Of a stretch of 64,000 nt of DNA, positions 1 through 12,528 are shown one piece after another. Source of the DNA: Eukaryota sp. GEM-RC1. Lineage: Eukaryota. Position 1 is the first letter of the stretch, and each line of letters starts with the position of its first letter. The stretch is from the NCBI GenBank assembly GCA_040285855.1, contig JAUFOQ010000005.1, positions 496,001 to 560,000 of the forward strand. Reading direction: 5' to 3'. Both the position numbers and the translations under genes were made by a program. The notes beneath the pieces are model-generated. The model was given only the letters and a program-made list of their open reading frames with translations. It had not been told where the DNA came from and did no database searches.

Positions 1-790
1 AAAAGTCCTCAGGAGACAAATTGCTCAATTGATCTTCCATCATCTGATATACAACTGATTCGAAATCTCGAAGTCCAAGAAAAACTTCAAACGATCCTGG
101 AGGACAAGACTCTATTCTAGATCGATCGATCGAGTATACTCCACATTTGATTGAAGAATAACCAGCATCGATGAGAACAACTTTTCTTGGTCTATCCAGT
201 GTATGCAGATTTTTGTAATGATATAAACAGGCCAAAGCCAACGTAGAATCAACAATAAAAGATTGAGCTGATGTATTCACCTTTTGAATAGCACTTGCAA
301 TGTCATACGTAAGAGTAGGAGGAACTGCAACAACAGCAGATACACAGTCTTTTCCATGAGCATCAAAAACCCTTGCAACAAGGATTTTAGGTGAAGAATG
401 CGAGCTTTCCGGTGATATCTTTCCGTATTGTGTACCAGAGGGTGGAGAAGAGAAGACGATAAATGTTTTAGGGAATGTATCAAAGAATCGGAAGAATCGG
501 AACAGGATGGGAAGCCTAAACATCCCCATAGATGGGCATTAACAGCAACAACATTACGGACTCTACCGACAGCAAAAAGAGATTTCTCAGAACTATAAGC
601 ATAAGGAACAGATGCATCCATTCCAGTTGAGAAAACTTCTGGTGAGGATTCGCAAATGGCATTACTACGGTCAGAGTGGAAGGTCATCATACGGGAAAGA
701 AATCTGTGCTGGAACAACCGGGTTGGAGACACCCTTAATAACTGTTGAGTAGACTAAAGAGGTGGATCCAAAATCGATTGCGAGATTCAT
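1..790 (-). CDS. Divergent Hsp70/Hsp110-like protein, N-terminal part; frameshifted and running off the left edge
   Basis: ATG at 790 gives MNLAIDFGSTS (phosphate-1-like). A frame not in the ORF track (~410 to 1) is open and reads SAVVAVPP...RKVVLIDAGYSSIKC...LGLRDFE, matching the Hsp70/Hsp110 motifs AVITVP, VxxxDxGxS and LGGRDFD in order. Confidence 0.6.
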
Positions 791-1334
791 GAAGGGAAAA
801 AACGAGCGAATTCTACTCATTATCGAAATCATGCTCGTTAGACATTCTGGGCCTAGAACGTACATCAGATAGCGTACGCAAGTTCCCTATAGCTCAAACT
901 TGTACGTTTAACATCAAAACTAGGTCTAAAATGTATGAACTAATTTAGAATAACAAACAGCTCCAATTGGTTTTTACTGATTTTCATTGTTGTTACATCA
1001 CGACGTTCATTCATAAACAAGAAGTAGAAAGCTATTAAAATGTATATGTACGTGTAGCAAACAACTTCAAACTTCAACTTCTCGAATTCTTGTTGCTGGT
1101 AACAGGAAAATAAGTCTACCCAGCTGAGGGTTTATATATTCTTGTACAAGAATTGCTCATCGAATCATGTACCTATTTTGCAGACAGCATGACGTAAGAG
1201 AAACTTGCTCAGCGTACAAAGAAGGAAAATCCGGCTTGCTATTCTGACAGCTCTCCAAAACAGTCAATTGAAACGAAACGTTTGATCCTCCAAAAATTGA
1301 CCGAAAAGGATTTTGTTTTGATTCAAATCTTGAA

Positions 1335-1870
1335 GTGATGCTCTGGGGTTTTTTGAGGAATCCACCGAAGATCTTAGGAATCGATTTGGGTACAACGAAT
1401 ACTCTCTTTTCCATCAATGAAAGATCTATTGGTAACGATCTCCACACTCCCTGCACTCTTATTCCCACGAAATTGTTTCTGGAAGACGGCCTATCACGTT
1501 TTTATGTCGGTACCGTTGCTTTAAACAAGTTTGACAAGAATGTAAAGGGCACTCTCATTCATGAACTGTCTGGAACTGTTTTGTTTGTAAATGCAGCAAA
1601 CGTATTCATGGCTTACCAGTGGCGAACGGTGTTGTGCAGAACTTCGTAAAAGGACCACCACGTCCATCCACCAATGAAAGCAGCTTTTGTCCAGTATCTA
1701 GATCTTGTAAACACTATTCCACCTAAATTGACATTAGAAAAAATATGATTTTTCAATAAATTCGGGTTGACTTGCAAAAGATAAGCCAAGATTTCGGTTC
1801 TAATTTGTTGAAAGCCCGACAGAAATCAATTGATAACTCGGGGCCAGAGATTTTAAAAGATGGGTGATTA
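1335..1870 (+). pseudogene. Degenerate Hsp70-family gene
   Basis: ILGIDLGTTNT in ORF 1335-1649; downstream broken frames give VNTIPP (~1710) and LGARDF (~1838-1855); stops and deletions in between. Confidence 0.55.
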
Positions 1871-2029
1871 TGCCAGAATAACACACTTTCAGCAGAAAGA
1901 ACTTCAAGTGTTTTTCTAGAGCCAGGGCTTTGATCTGATTTAGCGACTTTGTATATATATGTCCTTATTTCCTTTTAAAAATGGTTCTAATTAGAAATTA
2001 TAATGCCGCTGGCCTTTTCTGTGAGTTCA

Positions 2030-3132
2030 AAGCAATGAATAAGGTAGAGATCGAGTCCTACTCTGTTAGATGAAAGTGTATTTCAACCCTGAAGAAAAAG
2101 CTATTCGGTAATGTACAAGAGAACTGTAGTTCATTGAAGACTTATGGACGTGAATTAGTCAAAGCTAATGAAGGAAAATTGTTAACTATTGAAGACACTG
2201 TTGGGTGGTGCAACGTTGCTTTCCGATGTTTAGTTATGCTGTAAGTGCTCACACAGCCGGAAATTAATAAGCATCATTTGCTTTCTCCTTCTGGAGGTAC
2301 ATTGCTGTCGGCCACTACTATTGATAATCAATGAAAACTGTTCCCCTTACCCTATGCCATTGTTGATGTGGAGAATGACAATAATTGGATGTTCTTCCTG
2401 CGGTTGTTGAAAAAAGGATTAAAGGAACTTGATATCCAAGCGTTGGGTTATCATTTCTGACCGGCATTCATCTATTATGAAAGCAGTTGGTAATTTTTGG
2501 ACAATGCTTCTTATGTCTACATTTGTGTGCCAATTTTGGCAGACATAACACGAAGGATTAGAAGAATTTATTTAACAAGCAGCTGAAGTTGTTGATGAAG
2601 CTGACTATTTGGCAGCTTTACAGAAGACCGACAACCCTAAGGCAATAGACGATCTCCAGTCAATCAAAACTCATTGGACTACTCTTACTTTGAAGTCAGT
2701 TTTGAAAGCACCTGTGGTCAGTCAAAATTGAATGTTTAGAAGCTATCAGGGATCTGATATCATCTTGGATAGCCAGTCGACAGACTCAAGGCGAAAAGTG
2801 GTTGAATTCTGGTGTTTTCATTGGAAGGTGGAAGGTACAGGAGAGTAAGTTTGAGAGAGAAGCATTGTGATTGTGGAAGATGGCAGCAACTTGAATATCC
2901 ATGTTCTCATGCGGCAGCAGTACTTATGAGGATGAACGAAGATGTTGATTCTTACTGTGATGGAGTGTACTCAACAATGTTATAGATGAGAATGTATGAA
3001 TGGTCTATTGTACCTCCACACGGTGAGGTGCAGTGGGAAGATCCAGAAGAACCATTAAGTCCTCCTGTTAGAAAACGAAGAGCAGGTCGTCCTTCAATAT
3101 ACAGAAAGAATGGGTGGATGGAGCGAAGGTAG
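2030..3132 (+). mobile_element. Mutator/MULE transposase pseudogene with SWIM zinc finger
   Basis: Manual translation: GGTLLSATTIDNQ*KLFPLPYAIVDVENDNNWMFFL (~2290-2400), ISDRHSSIMKAV (~2455), SWIM CDCGRWQQLEYPCSHAAAV (~2866-2925), PPVRKRRAGRP (~3061); several stops and frameshifts. Confidence 0.85.
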
Positions 3133-3349
3133 CGTTATAGATATAGAGTTACGATGTATAAAAGAACTTTATTTGACGAAGACTGTGACTTACCGTTCAT
3201 TGTAAATTATGCTGGAGAATGATAAGAGACTTTTTATAAACCATTGTGAATAGTGGTACAAAACAAATTTTGAATTAGAAGAAATGGTATAGAATTCCCT
3301 TAAATCAAACTGACCTACCATCCTAATCTTCCAACTTCCTTATCCTATT

Positions 3350-5100
3350 AAACGAGCTTCTGCTGTTCATAGTCATTCTCTAGCTCTGTTAACAAATGGT
3401 GACGTTTACACTGCTGGACGTAACCACCAAAGCTTTGCTTGTGAACCACTTTAATTCCAAATTTAAATAATATCAAATTATTTACTGATTGGTTGGAGTT
3501 TGGAGATCGTCATGAGAACCAGTGATGCAGAAAAATTAATTTAAATTAAATTATTAATTCTACAGGCCAACACTTAATAAATTTCAATTCTACAGGCCAA
3601 CAATTAATTAATTGCAATAAATTACAATTAATTCTTTATTATCATACGACAAAAATCAACATACTATCATTCTGAATCGACATCTATAACAAGCTCGGAC
3701 GAATTTAATCCTGTTGTCTGATGAGGGTTCTTACTCACAATTGATTTGACTAAATTCAAGTTCCAAGAATCAGTGTTGTATAAAAGAAACAATTGTTTCT
3801 CTAACGTTTTTGAATGTAAATGTCCTCTCAGCTGCCCTATAATTAGATAAATGAGAACAAATACCAAGAGTTAATTTTGCACGACTGAATAGTCTTTCCA
3901 CTTGGTTAGAAGTTGATGGAATAAATGATAAGTCTAAGTATTCCGAAGCAGTGTTTTTTGGAATAGTATCGACGTCATCAAGTTTTTCGTCGAAGCTCTT
4001 GACATGATGAGCATGGTTTTCATTTTCATTTTCAGTAGGAGGAATTCTTTTCAGTTTACTGACTGATGCCTTTTCTGCATCAGTGAGTTCTCTCTCATAT
4101 CCTTCAAGTATCTTGATTACTCCATTTTCAAAGTCGCGGGACTCAAAGATTGGTGATGCCGGGCTATAACATGTGTAAGATCGCATAGCTGGATATTCCT
4201 CATGTAGAACGTCAAACATTCTCTTGGTCTTGTGTAGAGGAACTTCTGAAACTTGCAACTTCTTTGTAATTGAGTTCAGATGGTCAAATTTTGAAGTCAT
4301 TTCATCAATCAGTTCTGTTTCCATTCGGTCAGGCATATGTTGTTTCACTTCAATCGGGTTGTGGTTCATCAAAGGTAAAAAAGAACAAGGCTATCTCTTT
4401 GGGAGTTGAAGAAGACGACATAAGGTGAATAAAAGGGAATTATAAATTAATTCTAGTAATTGCCGTTAATTAATTATAATTTTAAGGTGTAACAATTAAT
4501 TAATTATAATTCTAAGCGGCTAGAAGTAATTAATTATAATTAAATTAATTTTTTCGCATCACTGATGAGAATCCTCTGGACTTCTCTCATTTACCCATAT
4601 CATCTGAGTCTTTCTCTACTTTCATCTCTTCCTTCTTTGGTCACTCCATCGATCTCACTTCTTCCATTAAAAACATAGTAAAACATATGTCTGACAAACT
4701 CATTCAGGATACTTCTCCTATCCCAGTTCGTTAGTCTCTATTAGAAGGAATTATAGTGTACTTACTTAACAGATGGTGACGTTTACAGTTCGGGAAGTCT
4801 CCACGATCAGTCTTAGATACGCTAAAGATCTCTGCCTAGCAGTGAAGTTTCTACTTATGAAGACCACGGTTGTTGTTTCGGCTATCATCAATTGCAATGA
4901 GGAAGGTCCTCCTATCAGCCATCCTGCTGTCCTACCAGTCAGTGTTGGTTCTAGACAAAAAGTGGTCATTGAGACTTGAAACCAGCGAACGGTCTCTTAC
5001 TTAATGATCAAGTTAGAGTTGCTGATTTTGGTACCTCTGAAAACCTTGCAGCCACTGGATATAGATTATACTTACTGATATACATAACGTTTTGTTTTCT
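3350..5100 (+). pseudogene. RCC1-repeat/protein-kinase pseudogene split by the hAT insertion; only the downstream half recurs in later array units
   Basis: HSLALLTNGDVYTAGRN (~3373-3425) and LTDGDVYSSGS (~4766-4798) are RCC1-like; LLLNDQVRVADFGTS (~4995-5040) resembles kinase subdomain VII. Confidence 0.55.
3520..4564 (-). mobile_element. Non-autonomous hAT DNA transposon (1045 bp) with TIRs, 8-bp TSD and a C-terminal transposase remnant
   Basis: Left end CAGTGATGCAGAAAAATTAATTT at 3520; right end AAATTAATTTTTTCGCATCACTG ending 4564. Flanks ATGAGAAC (3512-3519) and ATGAGAAT (4565-4572). ORF 3770-4372 ends in the dimerisation-type motif FIPSTSNQVERLFSRAKL. Confidence 0.9.
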
Positions 5101-5482
5101 TGTACTAGAAACAATCTCCATGTCTTGTCAGGACCCTATGCGATATGAAAGTCTGTAAAATGTTCCGATTATGTTTAAAAACTACAGCTGGCTAATGTTT
5201 ACATCATGAGTTTGTTTTCCGTCATTTTGTGATATCGATTTGTGTTAATTCAGATATATCTGGTCAGTGTTTTTGTCACATGTACTCAATGTCCTTGAAC
5301 TGTAAGGAGAGATATTGAAACCTGGTTTAGGGTTATTGATTGTATTTTCACGTATCTCTTAGGATTGAACCTGAATACAAGCTAATGTAGAATTTTGGAT
5401 ATACCATTTTTCTAGAATTGATATTATTCTTTGAACCACACGGCGTTTTAACATTAATTTATAACTGAAATTTAACTATCAC

Positions 5483-8400
5483 TTAATAATTCCGTACGAA
5501 ATTGCGAATTACCTTACATGATGCAACAACGCTATTAGGAATCATTGAAATTAATTGCATATTGATGTCCTCCTCTTCAACCAGAGTTCTCAACATTTTC
5601 CTAAACAAAGCAAAGTAGATCAACAAAGTGATACAAAAAACAAACAATGTCAACAAAATCATAAGAGTACGGTAAAGTGAAATGGTTGTGATAAGTTCAG
5701 CATGAAATACATCTATTGAATCCAGACATAAATTAGCCAGTTTATATCCAGTTTCCAAAATATCTTCTACCAGTGAAGATTGAACATCCCAAACTAAATC
5801 ATTTTCCTGATGCATAATAGGTGTAACTAAGCTGACATAGCGGTGCAAGAGATAGTCCAACCCACTTTCTTCATTAGAAGAGGCATTGAACAGAAAGTTG
5901 TTGAAATTTGTTTCATAGACAAGGTTGTTTTGATTTGCATAACGCCCTGCAGCTGGGCCCAAGAAGTTCGATGATGATCTGTACTGTAATGAAGAGTGAA
6001 TTTCAAAGAGCTTATTGACATTGTTTTGGAGTCTAAAACAGTGTTCATCACGTGATTCTGGGTAAATGAAAGCGGAAAAAACGTCAGCTCCAACTTCATA
6101 CACAGTAGAAGCACGTTGACCAGCGAGTTGAAGCTGTTGAGGCCAAGTGCGTATCATTAAAGATGAAAACAATGTATAAGCGAAAAAGATCGCAATTATC
6201 ACTCCCAAACAGGAAAGAGCACGCAAAGATTGATTGTAATACCTCTCCATCATCGATAATCTAATCACTTGTTGGACATGACTGGCAAGTTTTTCTGTTG
6301 GAGTCAAAATGAGCAAAACGTATATGAATAGAACAATAACCATAGTCGATGCAACCACCAGACTAACATTAACTAATACAAGATGAATCCCTCCTTGAAG
6401 ATCATGTATATCACCAACTGTGACCGTGATGAGTTGTTTCATTGGATTGTCCAAAAATAATTTTTGAAATCTCTCAGTAGACTGTACGTAATCACGACCC
6501 ATAACTACGTGATAGGCTAACTGAAGTTGATTCGAAGGTGAACGAACCGCAAGATCATACGTGGAATTAGTAAGAGTTTTTTCTTGGGAACCGACCTGTT
6601 TCAAAGCGAACATACTGTCACTACCAGTGATATTAGAGACGTCCCATACAAGATTTTTCATTGAATTAAATAAGTCAGAGTTCAGGTTGTGAGCAGTTGC
6701 GGAAATAAGAGTAGTAATATCTTGAAGCTGGGTCATTTGTTGTAGTGATTCCAGTGATGATGTAATTGATTGTTCCAGTGTGGTAACTGCATTCTTATTG
6801 AGTGGATGAGCTTCGTCCTTTACGACATCTAACAAATTTAAAATTTGGTTAATTTCATTGAACATTCTATCCCTGAACTCCACAAATTGATTATACACTG
6901 ACATAGATCCAGAGAAAAGAAAACGATAAAGTTCTACATTCATCTCCGCCAGATAAAATTGTATCAATGACTTCTCATTCAAAATCCCGACAACCGAGTG
7001 ATATAACTTTTCTGTTTTCGTCAACACTTGCATTTTCGATGCAGTTCCTACCCCTATTATTATTGAGGCTATCATAACAATAAGCACGAGACCTCGAAGA
7101 GTGAAGTAGTTTTTCCACTGGAACTCAATTGTCGGATTTTTAATAACAAGCCAACACAAATGACAACCGAACAGATATTGAGGGAAATCCATAAAAATTG
7201 GACTCTTTTCTGATACAACATGAGTTCAGAAATTCTATTAGTCGATTCCTCATCAATTACATCTTCGGCTTTTAAGATATACTCTACTACAGAGTTGAGA
7301 ACATCAAAGTAACGAGGCGATGCAATAGTACTCTTGGCAATGTCAAGCTTTTGGATTGAGGTAAGTGTTGCGTCATCATAATGATTGGAATACCAATTAG
7401 TTTGTGTGTTATACAGAACTCGGTCTCGGGTAATGGTATCTTCACTTTCTAGATCATATTCATAATTATGGACACGAGTAATGTCCTCTGTTGAAAAATT
7501 AAACGCCTGACTGGCAATTGATTGCGATACTGATTGCCAGTGAAACAAGAATCCCGATAACCGTTCAGAAGACACTAATGACGTCTTGGCTTCTACTGAC
7601 ACTTGATGATCAAAATAAAAGGTGTCAAAAAGATTCCGTTTAATCATTAAATCAAAGACTTTTTGAAACTGTTGATAAAAGTACAAATCATTCGTACCAA
7701 TGAAAGAAAACGTATTTGAAGTTAACAATAAATCAATTGTAAGAATATCTCCAGTGAACTGCTGCAAACCGAAACAATCAAAAACCATTGTGACTAGTAA
7801 CTGTTCATTAGACCTGTACTGGAAGTACATCAATGACTGGGTGAAGATGACAATCACAAGAACTACAACTGCTGACAGAACACAAACTTTAGTGAAACCA
7901 TTGATTGAGAATGAATCAGAAGTAGTTTCGTTGGTCACGTGAGTCTCAAGTGTATCCTGATTTTCTTGGTCTGAAGCAGTTTCTTCAGCAGAAGTGGTTC
8001 GATGATCGTCATCGGATGACGTTTGCTCTTGAATTTGGTCATCCAAAGTTGCACCTTTTCTTTTTGACTTTTTGTACTTTGCTTGAAGGTCAAAAATGAT
8101 GTCATTACACGTGTCCTTAGGTACCCAAAGAAATAAGTTTAAGACTCCTTGTCGTTCAACTGAAATGTTGGTAATAATTCGATGAAATCCAAAGACTCCG
8201 ATTAGAATTAAGCACGAGATGACAATAACACAAGCCACGATGCTGATCATTTGAGTAACAAAGAAGAAATTATCAGAACCAATAAGAATGACTGACCAAA
8301 AAGAATCCCCCGCATTAACCAAAGTACACCTATTCTGGACCAAATAATTGAAATATTTGTCTTCAATGAAGTTAGACCCATCAAATGATCCTATAAAGTC

Positions 8401-10849
8401 CACTGATGCAAATGCAAAAGAATTGATCAACTGCCAGAAGTTAACAAGTTTATACTCCCATAATGACGGATTAGAATGTCTCAATTCAAATACAATCAGA
8501 CCGGGTTCCATGGCAAACTCAGTTATAGCATCATCTGTGATTGCTTGAAGGTCCCTCCCCAGCAACTCTAGGGCATTCGTAAGCACTTTTAGAGACCATT
8601 GATCCGGAACTCATAAAAACACGACGAGCATGATAGCTGACGTGCTCGGAGTCTGTCAAAACAATATTACGAAATTGAGAAGCTAAATCATCATGAAAAA
8701 GGTGCCGTACCTGATGGCTTCAATTGTCAGCTTATTAGACATAACCAATATGTGACTGCTTTCAATAAGTTGCTGGACTCTATTGGTTAAATCATCCATC
8801 GTAGAGAAATAAAAACCCATTGAGACCAAGGTAACAACCACAACAAGTGTGAATGAGATAAACATCATTGTGGATAGACGGGTTACTTTGTGAGCTTTAC
8901 TACCATCAGCTGACGTATCGAGAGATTCAACAATTCCTGCAGTTCTTTTTCTACCTTTGGACGTAGTACGTGAAATTACAGATCTTCCACTGATTACTTG
9001 TGAGTTAGCCTGAGATCCGGTCACTTCGCTGCCTGATGCTGATTGCATATCAATAGCTTCCTCAATAGAACGCGCAATTTCTTCATCCATATTGACATCA
9101 CGGATATAGTTGGCATATATCGAAAGAACTTCCTTATTGGGGAAATTGGTGGTGAGAAATGAAAATTGTCCAGAGGCTGCTTTCTTATACTTTCGAAGTC
9201 GATCTGTCAACTGTGGGAGTTTTGAAACTTCCGCTGATGGATGTGCCAGAATTTTCCAAAAAGATAACAAAGTGTCAAGGCAAGCAGTAACAAGTTCTCG
9301 AACTTCTTTCACGTTTTTCTGGTAGATTCTTGAAGAACGAAGATCGCCACCTTCATGTCCAGTGTTTGTTAATCTTCTTAACTCTTCACAACTTTTCTGG
9401 TAGTAAGAAAGCAGAAAGCGATCTCTGAAACTAAGGTCAAGATCCATAGCACTAATAGTGGAGGTTAAAGTCACGACAGACATGTGATTCTCTCTCACAA
9501 AAAGCTGAAAAGCAGTTTTGGATAGTAGCAAGTCCAGATCTTCAGCAAGGCGTTCAGTCCAATAGGTGTAGAGAGAGCAAGCCTTTTCTTTGTCTTCATC
9601 GGAAGCTTTTGATGGTTTGGGTTGAAGAAATCTAGTGGAGAGCTCTACTTGCCAGGATTTCTTTATAATCACAGATTGATTGACTTGTTTTGGTTGAGGA
9701 ATGGAAATGTTCACTGATGGAATATCTTCAGACTCTCCCTGAGAGTCCACAGAAACTGAATACGAAATAGTGTTCAACGATGAGTTCTGCTTCTTCGCTT
9801 CTTCACTGACGTGATTTAGATTGTAATACATGTTGATAAAATACTTGCAGCTAACAAGATATGTTAAACCAAATATCAGAATTGATGCCGACCATGTACC
9901 AAGAACAACGAGACCCTGAACATCGGCTGACTCGATGGTATGGAGGTAGATGAGATGAACAAGGTATGTAAGAGCTGTCCCTGACCAAACAGAAAGGATG
10001 AGAACATACTTTATGTTTGAAAGAGCCTTATAGAAGGGGATACGAGTAATGAACAAGAAAGGGATGACAACAGAGCAGAGAAGATAGATGGTGCGGAAAA
10101 GCCACTTGCGAAAAGGGAAAAGATAGAAGACAGTGGGGATGACAGTTTGAGCAAGGAAGAAGTAGAATTGGCAAGTGGAATTTGAACGGGCGAAAACACG
10201 TTTTGAACATGGATTACAATCATAAGAGCAGGTAACAAACTTTAACATGAGACTAATGAGACCAAGGAGTAACAACACCAGGATTGAGCGTATAAGAATG
10301 TTGTACCAATTCCAGCACGCGTCAGGGGGGAATTAGAGTAACAAAAGACTCTGATTCAACTCCACAACTCAAGTGGGAGAGCAGGATGGTCAGGATGGGA
10401 AAGTAAAGAAAACCAACAAACAAGTGGATGGATGCCTTGATGAGTGGAAGAAATCGAGATCTTTTGAGGTGTTCATGTCCAAACACAAAGTACAAACCCA
10501 ACAGCAGCAAGAGAAATCCTAGGAGCATCATTGTTGAAGCAAACACAGTCCATGTCGGTAAGTTGAACTCCTTTGCGGTCAGTGGTAGAGTAAAATAGTT
10601 GAGGAGTCTTGCATCAAACAGAGAATCCCACTTAGGAAAGTTTTGCCTATTGAGCACAAATCCAGCGATTTGGACAACTTCAAACAAGAGGAGTACCAAT
10701 GCACAGAAATCATATCGAGCTTTTCCTTCGAAAGACAGCTGTAGCAATGAAAACATCTTGCTTTCGAACTTGTGACCAACAGAGTTGGTGGAATATGTCA
10801 TTGCAGTGGTAGCATGAGACACATCACTGTCTTTGCGAGATCTACTCAT
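5483..10849 (-). CDS. Large multi-pass membrane protein, TmcB/TmcC (tiny macrocysts)-like, ~1790 aa, copy 1 (frameshifted in this sequence)
   Basis: ORFs 10322-10849, 8683-10278, 7072-8586 and 5483-7192 join at single-base homopolymer indels. N-terminal multi-TM block, TPR-like helical region (LLSFWKIL...YANYIRDV), motifs VERQGVLNLFLWVP and C-terminal LVEEEDINMQLISMIP. Confidence 0.7.
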
Positions 10850-11519
10850 AAATTGATCTCTGGTTTAAGAGATCAAAGGATTGATATCAAGTTTGATTCT
10901 CCAATTGTGTTGAAACTTTCAACATGTCATCTATATTGTCAATACTTCAAAGACCGCTTGTGACATCTCATTTGTTCTATGTATTCCTCTTCTTTGTACC
11001 CTCACTTATTGTTTGATGTTTTCACTTGGCACATCGTTATCTACACCCCCAAATCATGTCGCTCCACTGGAGTCGCTATCAGGGTTTTCTTAGTCCTTTT
11101 CGTTTCTACATAACATGTGCTGTTAACGTCAAAATTGGTCACAATGTCTTCATTAGGTACTTCTCCCTCCTCCACTGTGTCTTCAGCTCCCACATTTCCA
11201 CTTCTAACATGCGTCACGTCGATAAAGTATCCTACCTTTATAACCCCATTTCGAAATGAAGACTGTTCCGAGTCTTTCTGTTGTATTAGTAAGTTTTCCT
11301 ACGTTCAAAGGTACAGCATTCTAATGACGTGGCAGATGTAGCCCATATATACCTTCCGATATGTGAACATCTTGTCTCCCTCTCTTTCTTCGAGATCTGT
11401 ATGGTTATATAATCAACAACAGTACTATTCTGGAAGAATGAGTCGTGTAAGTACCTGGAATCTGTTTCAAATATTATTTGTGACTGCTCAGTATAAACAA
11501 AACTGTTTATAGTGTACAC

Positions 11520-11695
11520 TAGGACTGTCCAGGTTCGGGTTTTGGTTCTAACCCGAACCTCTCTTCTCACAACCTGACTGGAACCCGAACCTCTTATCTT
11601 AGAACCTGACTGGAACCCGAACCTGTGGGGTTAGAACCTGGGAACTTTTAGAACCCGACTTTAATAAGATACAATGAAAAAACAAGTTATTGTCA
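11520..11695 (+). mobile_element. Solo terminus of a second hAT-like family (TAGGACTGTCC...) with AACCCGAACC subterminal repeats; also at 19481, 27440, 35386, 43340
   Basis: Starts TAGG after GTGTACAC (nTnnnnAn target pattern); 11-bp inverted repeat 11531-11541/11550-11560; 22-bp direct repeat at 11571 and 11603. Confidence 0.55.
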
Positions 11696-12528
11696 TTGTC
11701 TGATGAGGGTTCTTACTCACAATTGATTTGACTAAATCCAAGTTCCAAGAATCAGTGTTGTATAAAAGAAACAATTGTTTCTCTAACGTTTTTGATTGTA
11801 AACGTCCTCTCAGCTGTCCTATAATTAGATAAATAAAAAGAAATACCAAGAGTTAATTTTGCACGACTGAATAGTCTTTCCACTTGGTTAGAAGTTGATG
11901 GAATAAATGATAAGTCTAAGTATTCCGAAGCAGTGTTTTTTGGAATAGTATCGACGTCATCAAGTTTTTCGTCGAAGCTCTTGACAAGATGAGCATTGTT
12001 TTCATTTTCATTTTCAGTAGGAGGAATTCTTTTCAGTTTACTGACTGATGCCATTTCTGCATCAGTGAATTCTCTCTCATATCCTTCAAGTATCTCGATT
12101 ACTCCATTTTCAAAGTCGGGGGACTCAAAGATTGATGATGCTGGGCTATAACATGTGTAAGATATTCCTCATGTAGAACGTCCAACATTCTCTTGGCCTT
12201 GTGCAGAGGAACTTCTGAAACTTGCAACTTCTTTGTAATTGAATTCAGCTGGTCAAATTTTGAAGCATCAATCATTTCTGTTTCCATTCGGTTAGGCAGA
12301 TGTTGTTTCACTTCAATCGGGTTGTGGTTCAACAAAGGTAAAAAAGAACAAGGCTATCTCTTTGGGAGTTGAAGAAGACGACATAAGGTGAAGAAAAGGG
12401 AGTTATAAAATTAATTCTAGTAATTGCCGTTAATTAATTATAATTTTAAGGTGTAACAATTAATTAATTATAATTCTAAGCGGCTAGAATTAATTAATTA
12501 TAATTAAATTAATTTTTTCGCATCACTG
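11696..12528 (-). mobile_element. hAT remnant lacking the left TIR, junction copy
   Basis: Homologous to 3714-4564 with small internal deletions; retains ...GCATCACTG followed by ATGAGAAT. Confidence 0.85.

Noticed and set aside
8586..8685. Stop-codon readthrough or alternative genetic code (flanking ORFs share a frame in copies 1, 3, 5)
   Set aside because: Three in-frame stops of two types; compensating indels explain it, and TAA, TAG and TGA all terminate other genes here.
8653..8710. Possible intron starting GTACGG at the second break of the membrane gene
   Set aside because: The nearby YAG acceptors give 28 or 58 nt, which restore the wrong frame; one extra T restores a continuous plausible peptide.
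11492..11522. Hairpin TATAAACA-AAAC-TGTTTATA followed by CTAG, like a Helitron 3' end
   Set aside because: The stem is AT-rich, CTAG is followed by G rather than T, and no Rep/helicase is present; TAGG fits a hAT terminus better.
11571..11624. 22-bp direct repeats resembling a mini-CRISPR
   Set aside because: Only two copies with a 10-bp spacer, no cas genes, eukaryotic context; better explained as transposon subterminal repeats.
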